Source: Diplonema japonicum (Eukaryota > Protista > Euglenozoa: Diplonemea). Taken from it: a stretch of DNA of 64,000 bases. A program made the translations under genes and the position numbers. The notes under the pieces are model-generated. The model made no database searches and had not been told where the DNA came from. It worked only from the letters and a program-made list of their open reading frames with translations. This document shows positions 53,784 through 64,000 of this stretch, in pieces. The stretch spans positions 124,001 through 188,000 of the forward strand of contig OZ025754.1 of assembly GCA_964019335.1 (NCBI GenBank), read 5' to 3'. How positions within the stretch are numbered: position 1 is the stretch's first letter; every line of letters begins with the position of its first letter.

Positions 53784-56048
53784 TTAGTCCAGGTTAAGCG
53801 CGCTGCACCGTGTCAGGTATCTCTTGTGGCTTTGGTACGTAATGATACCCCGCCTGCTCATTACGTTTAGGGCTTTTTCGATGAGACCTTCCTCGTTGCC
53901 CTGTGCGGTGAGGACAGAAACGAGCATGGCGGTCCGCACACGGGAGTTGAGGGGGAGCTTCGCCTCGATCTTCTGCTCCAGCTGGATCATCTCCTCCTCC
54001 TGCATCGAACTGAACGCGTTTTCAACCAAACCGGATTTTATCGCATCGACGGTGGCGACCCTGTAAAGACGGACCGCCTCCTCTGCATCTGCTTTGGTGG
54101 CTCTGGTCGAGCACCGCATCCTGGCGAGAGATTCGGTAATGCGGACCAACGATTCCAGCTGTCTGACGGTGATTTTGATTATGGAATTGTCCTCGTTCTT
54201 TTGCATGTCGTTTGCGTCCTTTCTTGTTTGGACGTAAAAGTTTTTGAGATGTTCCTCCGCGTCCTTGTCGAGCTTGGAGATGATATTTGAACGGCAGAAC
54301 GCAACGTAGCTTTTTAAGACAGACTGCGGTACAGTTCCGGTGTGTGTTGTTCCGTTTGGTTCGGCAGCTCTGCCTCCTCGACTGACGGCCCCGCCGTGGA
54401 GTTTTAAAACGTGGTTCGCAATGAGTCTGTCTTTCTCTGGGTTTGGAGGGTCGAGAACTTTGAAGATTAAATCGAATCGGGAGACAATTGTTGACTTGAA
54501 GTTCATTTGCTCTTCGTTGGTCTTTGAAGGGTCGTAGCAACCCATAGTCGGGTTTGCTGCTGCCAGCACACTCGTTCTGCTGTTCAAAACCGTTGACAAC
54601 CCTGCTTTTGCAACGGATATAGTCTGTTGCTCCATCGCCTCGTGGATGGCAACTGTGTCTTGCTCCCTCATTTTGTCGAACTCGTCAATGCATACAATTC
54701 CTCCATCTGCGAGTACCATGCTGCCTCCTTCCAGGAAGAATCCGCCGCCTCTGCCGTTTTTTGACGCTTCTCTACTCACGGCTGCTGTTAACCCCGCTGC
54801 GGAGGACCCTTTCCCCGACGTGTACACCCCAATCGGCGAGACTTGATAGACAGCTTTTAAAAGTTGTGATTTTGCAGTCGAAGGGTCACCTATAAGAAGA
54901 ACGTTCATATCACCTCGGAGCTTTCCACCGTCTGACAGTAATTTCCGGGTTCCGCCGAAAAGCTGACACACACAAGCTTTTTTTATGTTGTCGTGCCCGT
55001 AGATAGATGGTGCGAGGGAGTCTGCAAGAATTTTATGGAGGTCCTTCGTCTTAGCGAGCTCTTTGAACTCTTTGTCCTGCTTGCTCTTCCACATCATTGT
55101 CCCGCTTGGCTTCAACGAAGAATGGTTTTGGTTAACAGAATGACATTGCCCGTCAGAAGCAGATGTCATCAACCCAACACCCTTAAGGTAACGGCGGCGA
55201 ATACCCGCTGCTTTCCGACCCTTGTCTTTGACACTGTCTCGAAAGATGGAATTGATTCCAACTACAATAATACGCTGCCCTGGTGAGACCATGGACACAA
55301 GGCCTCTGTCGACCTGGACTTCTATGTGGCGTGGGAGCTCGCCGGTAGGGACTTCTTCGGGAAGTTCTTGGAGTTTGATATATTGTACATTGACGTATTG
55401 GCATTTGTCGGGGCGGATTATGTATGGGTTTGGTTTGCATTTCCCGCCACCGACAGCGCCTGACGAGTCGTTGTTCGCCATACAATTCAACGGCATTTGC
55501 GGGTAGCTGGCGTTTGTTGGAACGTCTTGTCTTACCTCGTCCTTGCAGCTTGTGCATTGGATCACTGCTTTCGTCACTTTTTGCTTCACTTCAGAGCATT
55601 TTACTACAATTCCCGGAACGGTGCAGAGTTGGCCCATGTCAAGGCATCTTACCTGTCGAATTGACATTGGCCGTGTTGCCCATATAATTTGTATCTGGAT
55701 TTCTTGGCAGTCTAGTGATTCAAACATGTGATTTGTGGTGGCAACGTCTCTAGCGGCGGCTTCGAATGCTGGGAGCCATTTTAGAGGGTCAGCTTTGAGG
55801 AGTTCTTTGAGGTTGCTTTCGAACATTGCGATGTCAGTTACCTTTACCTCGAGGAAGTATTTTCGGAGGTGGATGCTGTCGCGCAGGGCCTCGAGGTAAA
55901 CGTAGCTGTCCGTCTTGAAGTACTTGATGAAGTCGCGGAACTTATTCTGCACGTCGACCCGCTCCGCTACGAGGTTCTGCACCTCTTCGTTCAGCTCCGT
56001 CCGCTTCCCGCTTTTCGAGTACATGACACGGCCCTCATCGACATCCAT
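53784..56048 (-). CDS. MCM5: DNA replication licensing factor MCM5
   Basis: LQELPEEVPTGELPRH, APSIYGH, RGDMNVLLIGDPSTAKSQ, TSGKGSSAAGLTA, LEGGSMVLADGG, CIDEFDKM, AIHEAMEQQTIS, SRFD, ITVRQLES. Confidence 0.97.
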   Translation of the reverse strand: MDVDEGRVMYSKSGKRTELNEEVQNLVAERVDVQNKFRDFIKYFKTDSYVYLEALRDSIHLRKYFLEVKVTDIAMFESNLKELLKADPLKWLPAFEAAARDVATTNHMFESLDCQEIQIQIIWATRPMSIRQVRCLDMGQLCTVPGIVVKCSEVKQKVTKAVIQCTSCKDEVRQDVPTNASYPQMPLNCMANNDSSGAVGGGKCKPNPYIIRPDKCQYVNVQYIKLQELPEEVPTGELPRHIEVQVDRGLVSMVSPGQRIIVVGINSIFRDSVKDKGRKAAGIRRRYLKGVGLMTSASDGQCHSVNQNHSSLKPSGTMMWKSKQDKEFKELAKTKDLHKILADSLAPSIYGHDNIKKACVCQLFGGTRKLLSDGGKLRGDMNVLLIGDPSTAKSQLLKAVYQVSPIGVYTSGKGSSAAGLTAAVSREASKNGRGGGFFLEGGSMVLADGGIVCIDEFDKMREQDTVAIHEAMEQQTISVAKAGLSTVLNSRTSVLAAANPTMGCYDPSKTNEEQMNFKSTIVSRFDLIFKVLDPPNPEKDRLIANHVLKLHGGAVSRGGRAAEPNGTTHTGTVPQSVLKSYVAFCRSNIISKLDKDAEEHLKNFYVQTRKDANDMQKNEDNSIIKITVRQLESLVRITESLARMRCSTRATKADAEEAVRLYRVATVDAIKSGLVENAFSSMQEEEMIQLEQKIEAKLPLNSRVRTAMLVSVLTAQGNEEGLIEKALNVMSRRGIITYQSHKRYLTRCSALNLD

Positions 56049-56231
56049 GGTGGTTTTCTTTTTTTTTTTTGGGACCCCCCTACCCCTTGGGCCGAATTTA
56101 TTTTTTTTTGAAATAAGTTTTTTTTCTATAAAAAAAAAAAACAGAAAAGTTCTACATTTTTTTTTCTTTTTCGTTGTCTATTTTTTTTGTCCGTTCTAAG
56201 TCTAGATCCCCCCCCCCCCCCCCCCCCCCCC

Positions 56232-58178
56232 TCATTCTTGCAGCAGCGGGTTACCCGAGGGCAGGGAAATGCAGTCCTCCTCACCATAATCATCAAGCGC
56301 GCGGAAGTCCCATTCCATCGGCATCTGTAAAGTGACCCTGATTGAGGGGTCCTCGTTCCACTTCCCATTAACCGGCCGCGACCACCTAGAGAGCGTGTGC
56401 GGGAGGGTCCCAGGATCTGTGGCCTCTATAGAAACAAGAAAAGCATGCATAGGATGGTCTGTGGATGTAAGAGCCCATCGTTCGTTGATGTGCCGAAGCA
56501 TCTTGTCGCCTAGGCACCATGTGAAGCTCTCCTCCCGACGTGTGTAGAGCCCGGTGATCTCTGATCCTCCGATGGGGCCACCCACCGCAATGTAAAGTTG
56601 TTCGGGAACGGTTCGAACATTCCTGCCTTGCTGCTCCCCGTTGAGGATTGCCTCAAGCTGTTTTTTTGCCTTTGAGTGAAGCCCGTGAGCAAGCCCACCG
56701 CATTCGTGGCAACGAGTAGTGTCTCCTGGATCAAATTCCTTCACTTCTTTGATACATCCTGATCGATCAAGCCGGTTCAAGGCTGGATCGTTGTTGATCT
56801 CGCCTCGTTTTCTCGGCGGGTTGGGTTTGTTTCCGGCTTTTTCCACAGCCTGCCATGTCCGGGAGATGCTTTCTTCCGCGCTCCAAGCATCTTCCATAAC
56901 ATCTGACCGCAACCGTTTCAGTTCGTCTTTAACATGCGAACCACCTCCATACTGCAGGTCGACTACAGTGATCCCTTCCGCAGTTTGTCTAACCGCCTCG
57001 ATACTAAATGGGGTCAGCATTGGGACCAACACGGATTCCTCCCATTTGTATTGGCTCAGAGTTTCCACTGGGTACCAGTACGAGACGTTGAAAAACTTGT
57101 ACAAAACATTTTGTTTCGGGTTGTCAAGGGAAGTTGAATCCGCGGACTCCAAAAAATGCAGGGCTGAACGGTAGTTTGTGGTGCACGAAATGGGTGTTAA
57201 CCAAACCAGGAAGTTTTTTGTCTGTGCGAGAAAGTGATGCCCGTTTGAATTTCGAACTGCTTTATACAGAGTTTTCGGGGAATGACGACGGTTTGAAGCG
57301 AGGATCGACAGGATAGAATTGGTTTTGACCCATTTAGCAGCGGTCTTGTACCCGGTTTCCTTGTCGCCGAAACGGTTCGTTTCTAGGATTCCCTCCGCGT
57401 GCTCGTCTGTTTCTTTGTGGAAGGTCGCGTTTCTCGGTGCGTAGCCCTCCCAGCCCATTTCGCCCATTTTGTTCCCCCCCACCCACACCGGGGCGTCGTC
57501 ATGGAGAAGCATTCTATCGGTGTCTGAACCTTCTTGTGTGGAAATGTGTATGATGAGATTTTGAAGGGGGCCGGTGTCGGGGTTTGTTGTGGGGTGGACC
57601 TCGTTCAAACTTATGGCAGCTTCAGAGATTAACTCCTGCTGCTTCGTCTTCAGCCTCGTCGGGATTTTTAAGTTCTGTTTTAATTCTTCCAGAATGCCTG
57701 ATCTTTTTGTATACCATATCTGTGCATGGTGGGAAGAGAGGAGTTGAACGGTGCTGGCGACTTCGCTTCCTGGTATTGATAATGGTGTTCTACCGGGTCC
57801 GCGGGGGTATGTTGGGTAGCCTCCTGGAAGTGAGTTTGGGTTTGCGTTGTTTGATGAGTGATTTTTCATCAGCTTGCGGAGTTTGTCGCGGTCCTTTGAA
57901 AGGAGGAACAGATTGTTGGTGATGCGGTCACCGGGGTGGTTGTCGAGCGGGCCTTCTGCGCAGAGGAGCGGGACCCATTTTTCTTCCTCCTTCTCTGTTT
58001 TCCAAACGCGTTCACCGGCGGTTTTGTACTTTCGGTAGAAGAAGAGCAGTGCTACCAAACACCCTAAGACGGCGACAACTGCAAGCGTCCCGAGGACTCC
58101 AAGCACCCACCCTGCAACACCGTCGTCAGATTCCCCGCAATTTGTGCATAACGTCACAGTAGGTGTTGGTGCTGACAT
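56232..58178 (-). CDS. Single-pass membrane protein with a degenerate ADP-ribosyltransferase-like domain and a Trp-rich C-terminal domain
   Basis: TM VAGWVLGVLGTLAVVAVLGCLVALLFFY; TLYKAV..PISCTTNYRSALHF..NVLYKF..LSQYKWEESVLVP..F.I follows the R-STS-ExE ART pattern. Start taken at MSAPTP. Confidence 0.7.
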   Translation of the reverse strand: MSAPTPTVTLCTNCGESDDGVAGWVLGVLGTLAVVAVLGCLVALLFFYRKYKTAGERVWKTEKEEEKWVPLLCAEGPLDNHPGDRITNNLFLLSKDRDKLRKLMKNHSSNNANPNSLPGGYPTYPRGPGRTPLSIPGSEVASTVQLLSSHHAQIWYTKRSGILEELKQNLKIPTRLKTKQQELISEAAISLNEVHPTTNPDTGPLQNLIIHISTQEGSDTDRMLLHDDAPVWVGGNKMGEMGWEGYAPRNATFHKETDEHAEGILETNRFGDKETGYKTAAKWVKTNSILSILASNRRHSPKTLYKAVRNSNGHHFLAQTKNFLVWLTPISCTTNYRSALHFLESADSTSLDNPKQNVLYKFFNVSYWYPVETLSQYKWEESVLVPMLTPFSIEAVRQTAEGITVVDLQYGGGSHVKDELKRLRSDVMEDAWSAEESISRTWQAVEKAGNKPNPPRKRGEINNDPALNRLDRSGCIKEVKEFDPGDTTRCHECGGLAHGLHSKAKKQLEAILNGEQQGRNVRTVPEQLYIAVGGPIGGSEITGLYTRREESFTWCLGDKMLRHINERWALTSTDHPMHAFLVSIEATDPGTLPHTLSRWSRPVNGKWNEDPSIRVTLQMPMEWDFRALDDYGEEDCISLPSGNPLLQE

Positions 58179-58275
58179 GGCTGCATTTATTTCCCTTTTT
58201 TTTTTTGGGTTTTTTGTCGGCAAGTTTTTCGTAAAAAAAAATGAGAAGGAAAAAAAAAAATGTAAAAAAGAAGAG

Positions 58276-58309
<34 letters not shown>

Positions 58310-58819
58310 AATTCTTTTTTTTTTTCTCCTTTTTTTTTCATTTTTTCTTTCTTTTTCATTTTTTTTTCTTTTCTCGTTATTATTATTTTTTTTTTTTTTC
58401 CGGTTTCTAGTTCTTTTTTTTTTTTTTTAAACTTAGATAGATGTAAAGTGAAGCGAAGGGTAGGGGAGAGGGTGGTGAGAGAAAAAAAAAAAAAAAAAAA
58501 GGGCGGGGGACAAGGGGATGATCCATAGCAAAAGAGGGGGGAGGGGGGAGTAGGCCAGAGGGTAACCTACAGACATATTGCTTGTTATTTTTTTCTTCTT
58601 CCTTCCCCTTCCCGGAATGAGAAAAGTGTGTGTATGACCTCGTGCGCTATTCTTTATTTATTTCCTTTTTTTTTTCGTGTATATATTTTTACACGTTTCC
58701 ATGGGTCAAAGTCCCACCACAGTGCACAGAACTCTGCAATGCTCGCAGTCACAACAAGCAAAACTACAACCCTCTAGAACAGGGCAATATGTTCGATACT
58801 AAAAGAAATTTAGTTGTTA

Positions 58820-58883
<64 letters not shown>

Positions 58884-61203
58884 CTTCTGGGAAGGAACAA
58901 AGGGGGGGAGGGGGAGTGGAGGAGATTAGTCCCTCAGCACTAGTTTCCAACATACCATACATACCATTATATTAACAATTCTATTGAAAATATATTGTTT
59001 TTTTTTTCTTTTTTTTTTTTTCCTTGTTCAAAGGGAGGCGGGGGAGGGGTCCTTTTTTTGTTTCCTCCTAACCCACTTTTCGGTGCATAATGCTGGCCGG
59101 GTAAAAGAAGAGGACCAAAAAAAAAAAAAAAAAAAAAAAAAGTGAGTATCCTACGATTCTTACATAGAACACGTTAAAAAGGGGAATGTGGTTACAAATT
59201 TAGTGGGGGGGGGGGTGAATCAAACAGCCCAGAAAAAGGAATGCTAGAGGCCCTGTGGCTGGAATAGTTGTACTGCCAGACCTCGGGGGAAAGAAGGAAG
59301 AAGAAAAAAAAAGAAGAAAGGGCCTCTTCCCTCTTGGGCATGAAAAAGCTGAAAAGGGAAAGAAGAAGAGAAAAAAGAAAAAAAAAAATAAAAGAAATAA
59401 AAAGATCCCCTCATTGAGTTTCTTCCAGACTTTTACAGCAAACAGAGAAGAAGAAGAAGAAGAAGAAGGGAGGGGAAGAAAAAAGAAAAGAAGAAGAAAA
59501 AAACTCGATCACCCTAAAGAGCGCTAGAACTCATATCCCAATGTCTCCACTTGTTCACATGCTAGACCACTCAATTGATGATACCTGTAAGAGCACCCTT
59601 CTCGTTAATTCCCCTTTTTTTTCTATTTCACCCCCCCCCCCCTTCTATTGTGAAATGATGCTCTTTTTTTTTATTTTATTTTTTGTCACTTTCTTTTTTT
59701 CATGATTTATCCCCCCTTTTTTTTTGTTCCTTTTCTGAAGAAAAAAAGGAAAGGAAGGGGGCGGGGGGGGAGGAGAGAAGAAGAAGAAGAAGAAGAAGAA
59801 AGAGAGTGGGGGGAAAAAGGAAAAAAGAAAAAAAAAATCCCTTCGGTCCATATTGCAAGGAGGTTGTCATTATGTAAGACGGCCTAATGTCACTGAAATG
59901 CTGGCAGATAAAAAGATATCTTTTTTTTTTTTCTTTTTTAAACACCAACCCTCGAGATAATTGCCGCACTATTTATATAATATTTGTTATTAGTTATAAG
60001 TGATAAATCCAGAAAAAAAAAAAAGAAAAAAAAAAAACCCCCTCTTTTTTCCCGACCTTCCCTACCTTTCTTTTTTTTTTTTCCCCACTATCTCCTTGTT
60101 TGTCATATTACGCTTGCTAAGCACAGCATAAATGTACAAGAAGAAAAAAAAAAAAAAAAAAAAAAAAGGGCAGGGAACAAAAAGAGAAAGAAAATAGATG
60201 AGTCAAAAGGAAGTCTTTGTGAGACGCCCCCTTGTTCTCAAGAAAAAAAAAACCCCCCCTTCCATCACCATCTTATTTTTGTGAACAAAAAAAAAAAAAA
60301 AAAAGAAATGATGGAAGGAAAAAAAAAAATGGGGGGAAGGTGAGAAAAATAGGAATGGACCTACCGTATCGCAGAGTACATAGAAAGAAAAAAAAAATTG
60401 AAGAAGCCACACCAAACCATCTCCCTTTTGGCCCCTTACAGAAAAAAAAAAGAAAAAAAGCTGCATAAGTAGGTCGGAGAAACCCCTTCCACACAGCTTT
60501 ATCCTTTGAAATTATCAACCAGGATAAGGATCTTGAGGCAGGGTGGCACTTTTTTTTTTTTCTTTTTTTTTTTTTTCCTTTTTTTTTCGCAAATAAAAGC
60601 AGGGTAGCAGTACGTAAGGAAAAAAGGAGAAAAAAAAAGTATCACGAAAAGGAGAAGAGAAAGGCAAAGAGGGGGAGAAAAAAAAAACAAACAAAAAAAG
60701 TTGGTGACCACCAAAGGGTGTTATCACATTTCCTTTTTTTTTTTTTTTTTTTAAATTCTTGTCCCCCTTCTTTCTCCTTTTCGCTTCTTTCCTTTCCTTA
60801 TTTCTTTTTTTTTTCTTTTTCCTCTATTTGGTTTTTCTCTCTCTTTTTTCCCTTTTTTTTTTTTTTTTTCCCCTCTCCCGTGTTTTCTTCCCTTGCTCAA
60901 TTTTTTTTTTCGTCTTTTCGTTAGAATCATTGTCTTAGTTATGAGAAAGGCAAGATAACAAAAAAAAGAAAAAGAAAAAGTATTTTTTCTTAATTGATGG
61001 AGAAAAAAAAAAAAAAAAAAAAAAAAAGAGACGCTTATCGGTCGGACTATGCGCTTACCCATGGCGAGACGGCCCATGGGTGGCAAACATCACAAATATC
61101 TTTACCAAGGATGGAGGGGGGGAGAGAGAACAAAAAGAAAGGTTTGGAACCAGGTGTGTGTGGGGGGGGGGTGTTTTTTTTGCCAGTTTAACAAAACATT
61201 TCT

Positions 61204-61429
61204 TTTTATTTCACTCTTCGTCATTTTTTCTTTGATGGGGGTAATTTTTGACTATTTTGGCCATCTGAGGTCCATTCCGGCCCCTAAAAAAATGCCACGG
61301 CGAAATAACTACCTTTTACTCCGTATTACCTTAGGGAAATCCCTAAAAAAAAAAGATGGCCCGTGCGAGGAAAACAACAGTGAAAGCAGTGAAGAGTGAG
61401 TGACTCAAATGACGAAGAGTGCAATAAAA
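61204..61429. mobile_element. MITE-like element with a 23-bp inverted repeat
   Basis: TTTTATTTCACTCTTCGTCATTT (61204-26) vs AAATGACGAAGAGTGCAATAAAA (61407-29), one mismatch; no clear TSD. Confidence 0.5.
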
Positions 61430-61671
61430 CGACTTACTTGCCGCCAAATGAGCCATTATCTAACACTCGTTGCCGCTTTTTTTCTTTTTTTTTTTTCCCC
61501 CGGGAACTCGAGTTGAATAATGACTCATAATTTGTTGGCAAGAAATAATCATTAAAGGTTTTTTTAAAAAAGGTTATGCAACAAAAAAAAATAAAAATTT
61601 CGAGTAAGTGTGCAGGGGGGGCGCGCTCACTGTAAAAAAAAAAAGAGTTGGCATGTTTGTGCAAAAATTCT

Positions 61672-61706
<35 letters not shown>

Positions 61707-62574
61707 AGAGAAAAAAAAGAAAGAAAAGAAAAACATGCATCAGTGAGGTAATCAGTGGATGTATAAGTACCCCCACTTATTGCTCTTTGCCGAAGAAAAG
61801 GAGAGAAAAAAAAAAGTTGATGTCACATGCAAACTCCGCGCGAGAGCCGCAGGCCCCTAGAAGAAGGGGAGGGGGTATGGTCAGTACTAGGGGGGGGGGG
61901 GGGGGGGGAAAGGAAAAGAAAAAAAAAGCAAGGGAAACTGGCGGAAGGTTTATAAAAAAAAAAACCTCCCCCCCTTTTTTTTTCGTTCAGACAAGTCAAA
62001 AAAAAAAAAGACTCGTTTCTTTGCAACAAAAAAAAAAAAAAAAAAAAAAAGGGTGCGTACAGCTGGAATAACAACTTATGTTTCGAATTTCTATTTTGAA
62101 GCCTTACCTTACTCATAGACAATGGAGAAAACGAATTTTGTTTTTTGTTTTTTGTTTTGTTTGGTTTTGTTTTTGTGCTAAAAAAAGGTATTGGAGCACA
62201 GCTGATCCCGATTTTCTGCTTTACTCCTCCACCATGACACAGAAGGCGCCAGTTGTGTCCAGATGTGTCCCCTGCTCCTTGAGGAACTAATCGCTTCAAG
62301 TTAGAAATCCAAAGTTTCTTTTTTTAATTGTCAATAGCAAACTGGTCTAGCTGCAACACTAGACCTATTTGTTTCATCACCCCCCCCCCCCCCCCCCCAG
62401 ATCTGCTAAACAATGAAATATGAGAATTTCATATTTTTTTTTTTTTAAAAAGCAGGTAAATTCCGTGGGCAAGAAGAACAATCTTTTTTTTTTTTTTTCA
62501 TTTTTTTTTTTAAATATTTGCACACTAAATTATGATCAACAATCACTACCACCAAATAAATGCATTTATATATA

Positions 62575-63830
62575 CTGTAAAACAAAAATCACCGGAAGAT
62601 AAAATGTCCGGAAGCTCTGGCGGTCCGGATATTTTTTCTTCCGGACATTTTTTTCCTGGGACCCCCCTTTTATTAAAGGGCTGGACCCGAAAACAGATGA
62701 AACTAGTTTCTATAGCAAGAGAAAATCAAACAAAAATCAGAGAATTGAATTACGGACTTTTCCAAGAACACCTCAGATCCTGATTGTTTGCTTCTACCAC
62801 AAGCTTGTTGAACCAAACCACTTCTTGTGCTTGCTTTAGGGTTGTTCTTATTTTTTGCGGGTTTGCGTCATGGAGCCAATGTCCAGTATATCGCACCCTT
62901 CAATGGCTGCGTCCCAGCAGGTTGGAGAGTACTTTTCCCGACAATAGAACTAAAAAAGGGGGCGAGGAAAGGGCAGCATCTTACCTGTCCGCACGTCTGA
63001 CCGTCTTGTTTGCTGCCTTCGCAGCCTTGGCAGTGCGCCTGGCCTCGGCCTTAATGGCACAAATAGGTGAGGTCTGGGGGACAAACGCTAAGTGAACGTT
63101 TGTCTCTGAAAACAAGTTCACAAAAGCCTGCATAGTGCGGACATTGTAGTCATCAATGATGAGTAGGATGGGCTCGGTGGGTGCTCAGTCCGATGACTCG
63201 ATGAGGTTGTAGCAAAGGGGAGAAACAAATCTTTTACCCAGAGCCGAAGCGTTTCCTGGGTGGCCCAGTGAGATTTCGAAGCTGTTAAACTCCAGCCTTT
63301 TGGGGGGTGTGCAACACGAGGGACGGACCCGAGGTATTTCCTGCGAGCTGGTTCTGTTTTTCCCGTGTAAATTAACTGCGGGTGCAGTTTGCACCAGTCA
63401 GGGAAACGCAAAACTGTCCGGTGACGGCGCGCTTGTCCCAAATCCCTAACCTTGACAACCTTGGGACCCCTTTTCGTCTTCTTCCCAGCAGCAGCAGCTG
63501 GTCCATGTTCCAGGTCAACCGGCCTGATCTTTGTGAACCTCCTCGCTGCTTGGGTGTCTTTGGGGCTGCTAGACTTCCCTGTTGTTGGGCGGCGGCTTGT
63601 GATGCCATGCTTGGGGCACAGCTGGTTGGCCCTCTGCATACAGGCAGATCGCTGCTACCGGCACCCCCCTTCCGTTCTGCATCTGGATCCAAACAAAGAG
63701 CCTTGTTGTTTCTTCCTAGTTCAGAAGAGGCTTGCGACCCGCAGTAACGGGTGCGGCAGGGGGATCGACCTTGGAGCTACCAAAGCGGTGCTTCCAGTGA
63801 CTCTCACCTGAAGATATTCCCACTTGCAAT
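62575..63830 (-). mobile_element. Degenerate pogo-like (DDE_1, Tc1/mariner superfamily) transposon; other end not located
   Basis: TA|CTGTAAAAC terminus with palindrome AAAATGTCCGGAAG/CTTCCGGACATTTT (62601-62651). Frameshifted relic WNMDQ..DKRAVTGQFCVSLTG..KLHPQLIYTGKT..SHWATQETL..LLIIDDY..NVHLAFVP. Confidence 0.82.
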
Positions 63831-64000
63831 ATCATTTCAGTCACCTGAAGAGGTCAGCACCTGGAGGGGTCGCGAGATATGTCCTTCCCCTTTTTAGAGC
63901 ATGCAGCTTTCGTCTGTTAATTTGAATTTTATTTTTGCCGTTCTTAAGACTCTTGCAACAGAAATATAAGTTTTCCAGACAGAGGGGGCAGTGCGTAGGG

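Noticed and set aside
1-64000. Hundreds of short ORFs rich in poly-K, poly-F, poly-G or poly-P
   Set aside because: Translations of homopolymer tracts in introns, UTRs and intergenic DNA; A/T/G/C runs contain no stop codons.
1-64000. tRNA or rRNA genes
   Set aside because: No cloverleaf/T-loop consensus or rRNA-like stretch recognised by eye; a tRNAscan/Infernal run would be needed to exclude them.

Overview
Eukaryotic protist genomic DNA, most likely a euglenozoan of diplomonemid/diplonemid type. This is an inference from about 22 host genes all on the minus strand with spacers as short as about 70-110 bp, cis-spliced introns, and an MCM5 with GDPSTAKSQ. Non-coding DNA is filled with long A/T/G/C homopolymers. 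Many breaks and poly-Lys stretches in the ORF track are short (37-74 nt) GT-AG introns, most with a poly(A) tract where a polypyrimidine tract is expected. Removing them restores a WW domain, a TVGYGD K+ filter, SAS10 and MOB4. Recognisable genes: ankyrin protein, 4-repeat + DEK_C protein, degenerate kinesin-WW, GH2 glycosidase, cNMP-gated K+ channel, CCCH-Tudor protein, MAP3K/F-box/CK1-like dual kinase, SAS10/UTP3, ATP10-like, a 666-bp-repeat Cys-rich surface glycoprotein, SAM-WW protein, WWE + circularly permuted macrodomain, MOB4, MCM5 and a membrane ART-like protein. An accessory island (about 35.2-44.1 kb) holds a truncated piggyBac and two near-identical copies of a cytosolic kinase-UBL-LRR gene. 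Their 25-aa LRRs differ in number and are hypervariable at four fixed codons, making this a candidate diversifying receptor system. Other mobile relics: a second piggyBac inside a host intron, a Sola-like long-TIR element and a pogo-like element. All calls are by eye, with no database searches run, and homopolymer lengths may carry sequencing error.
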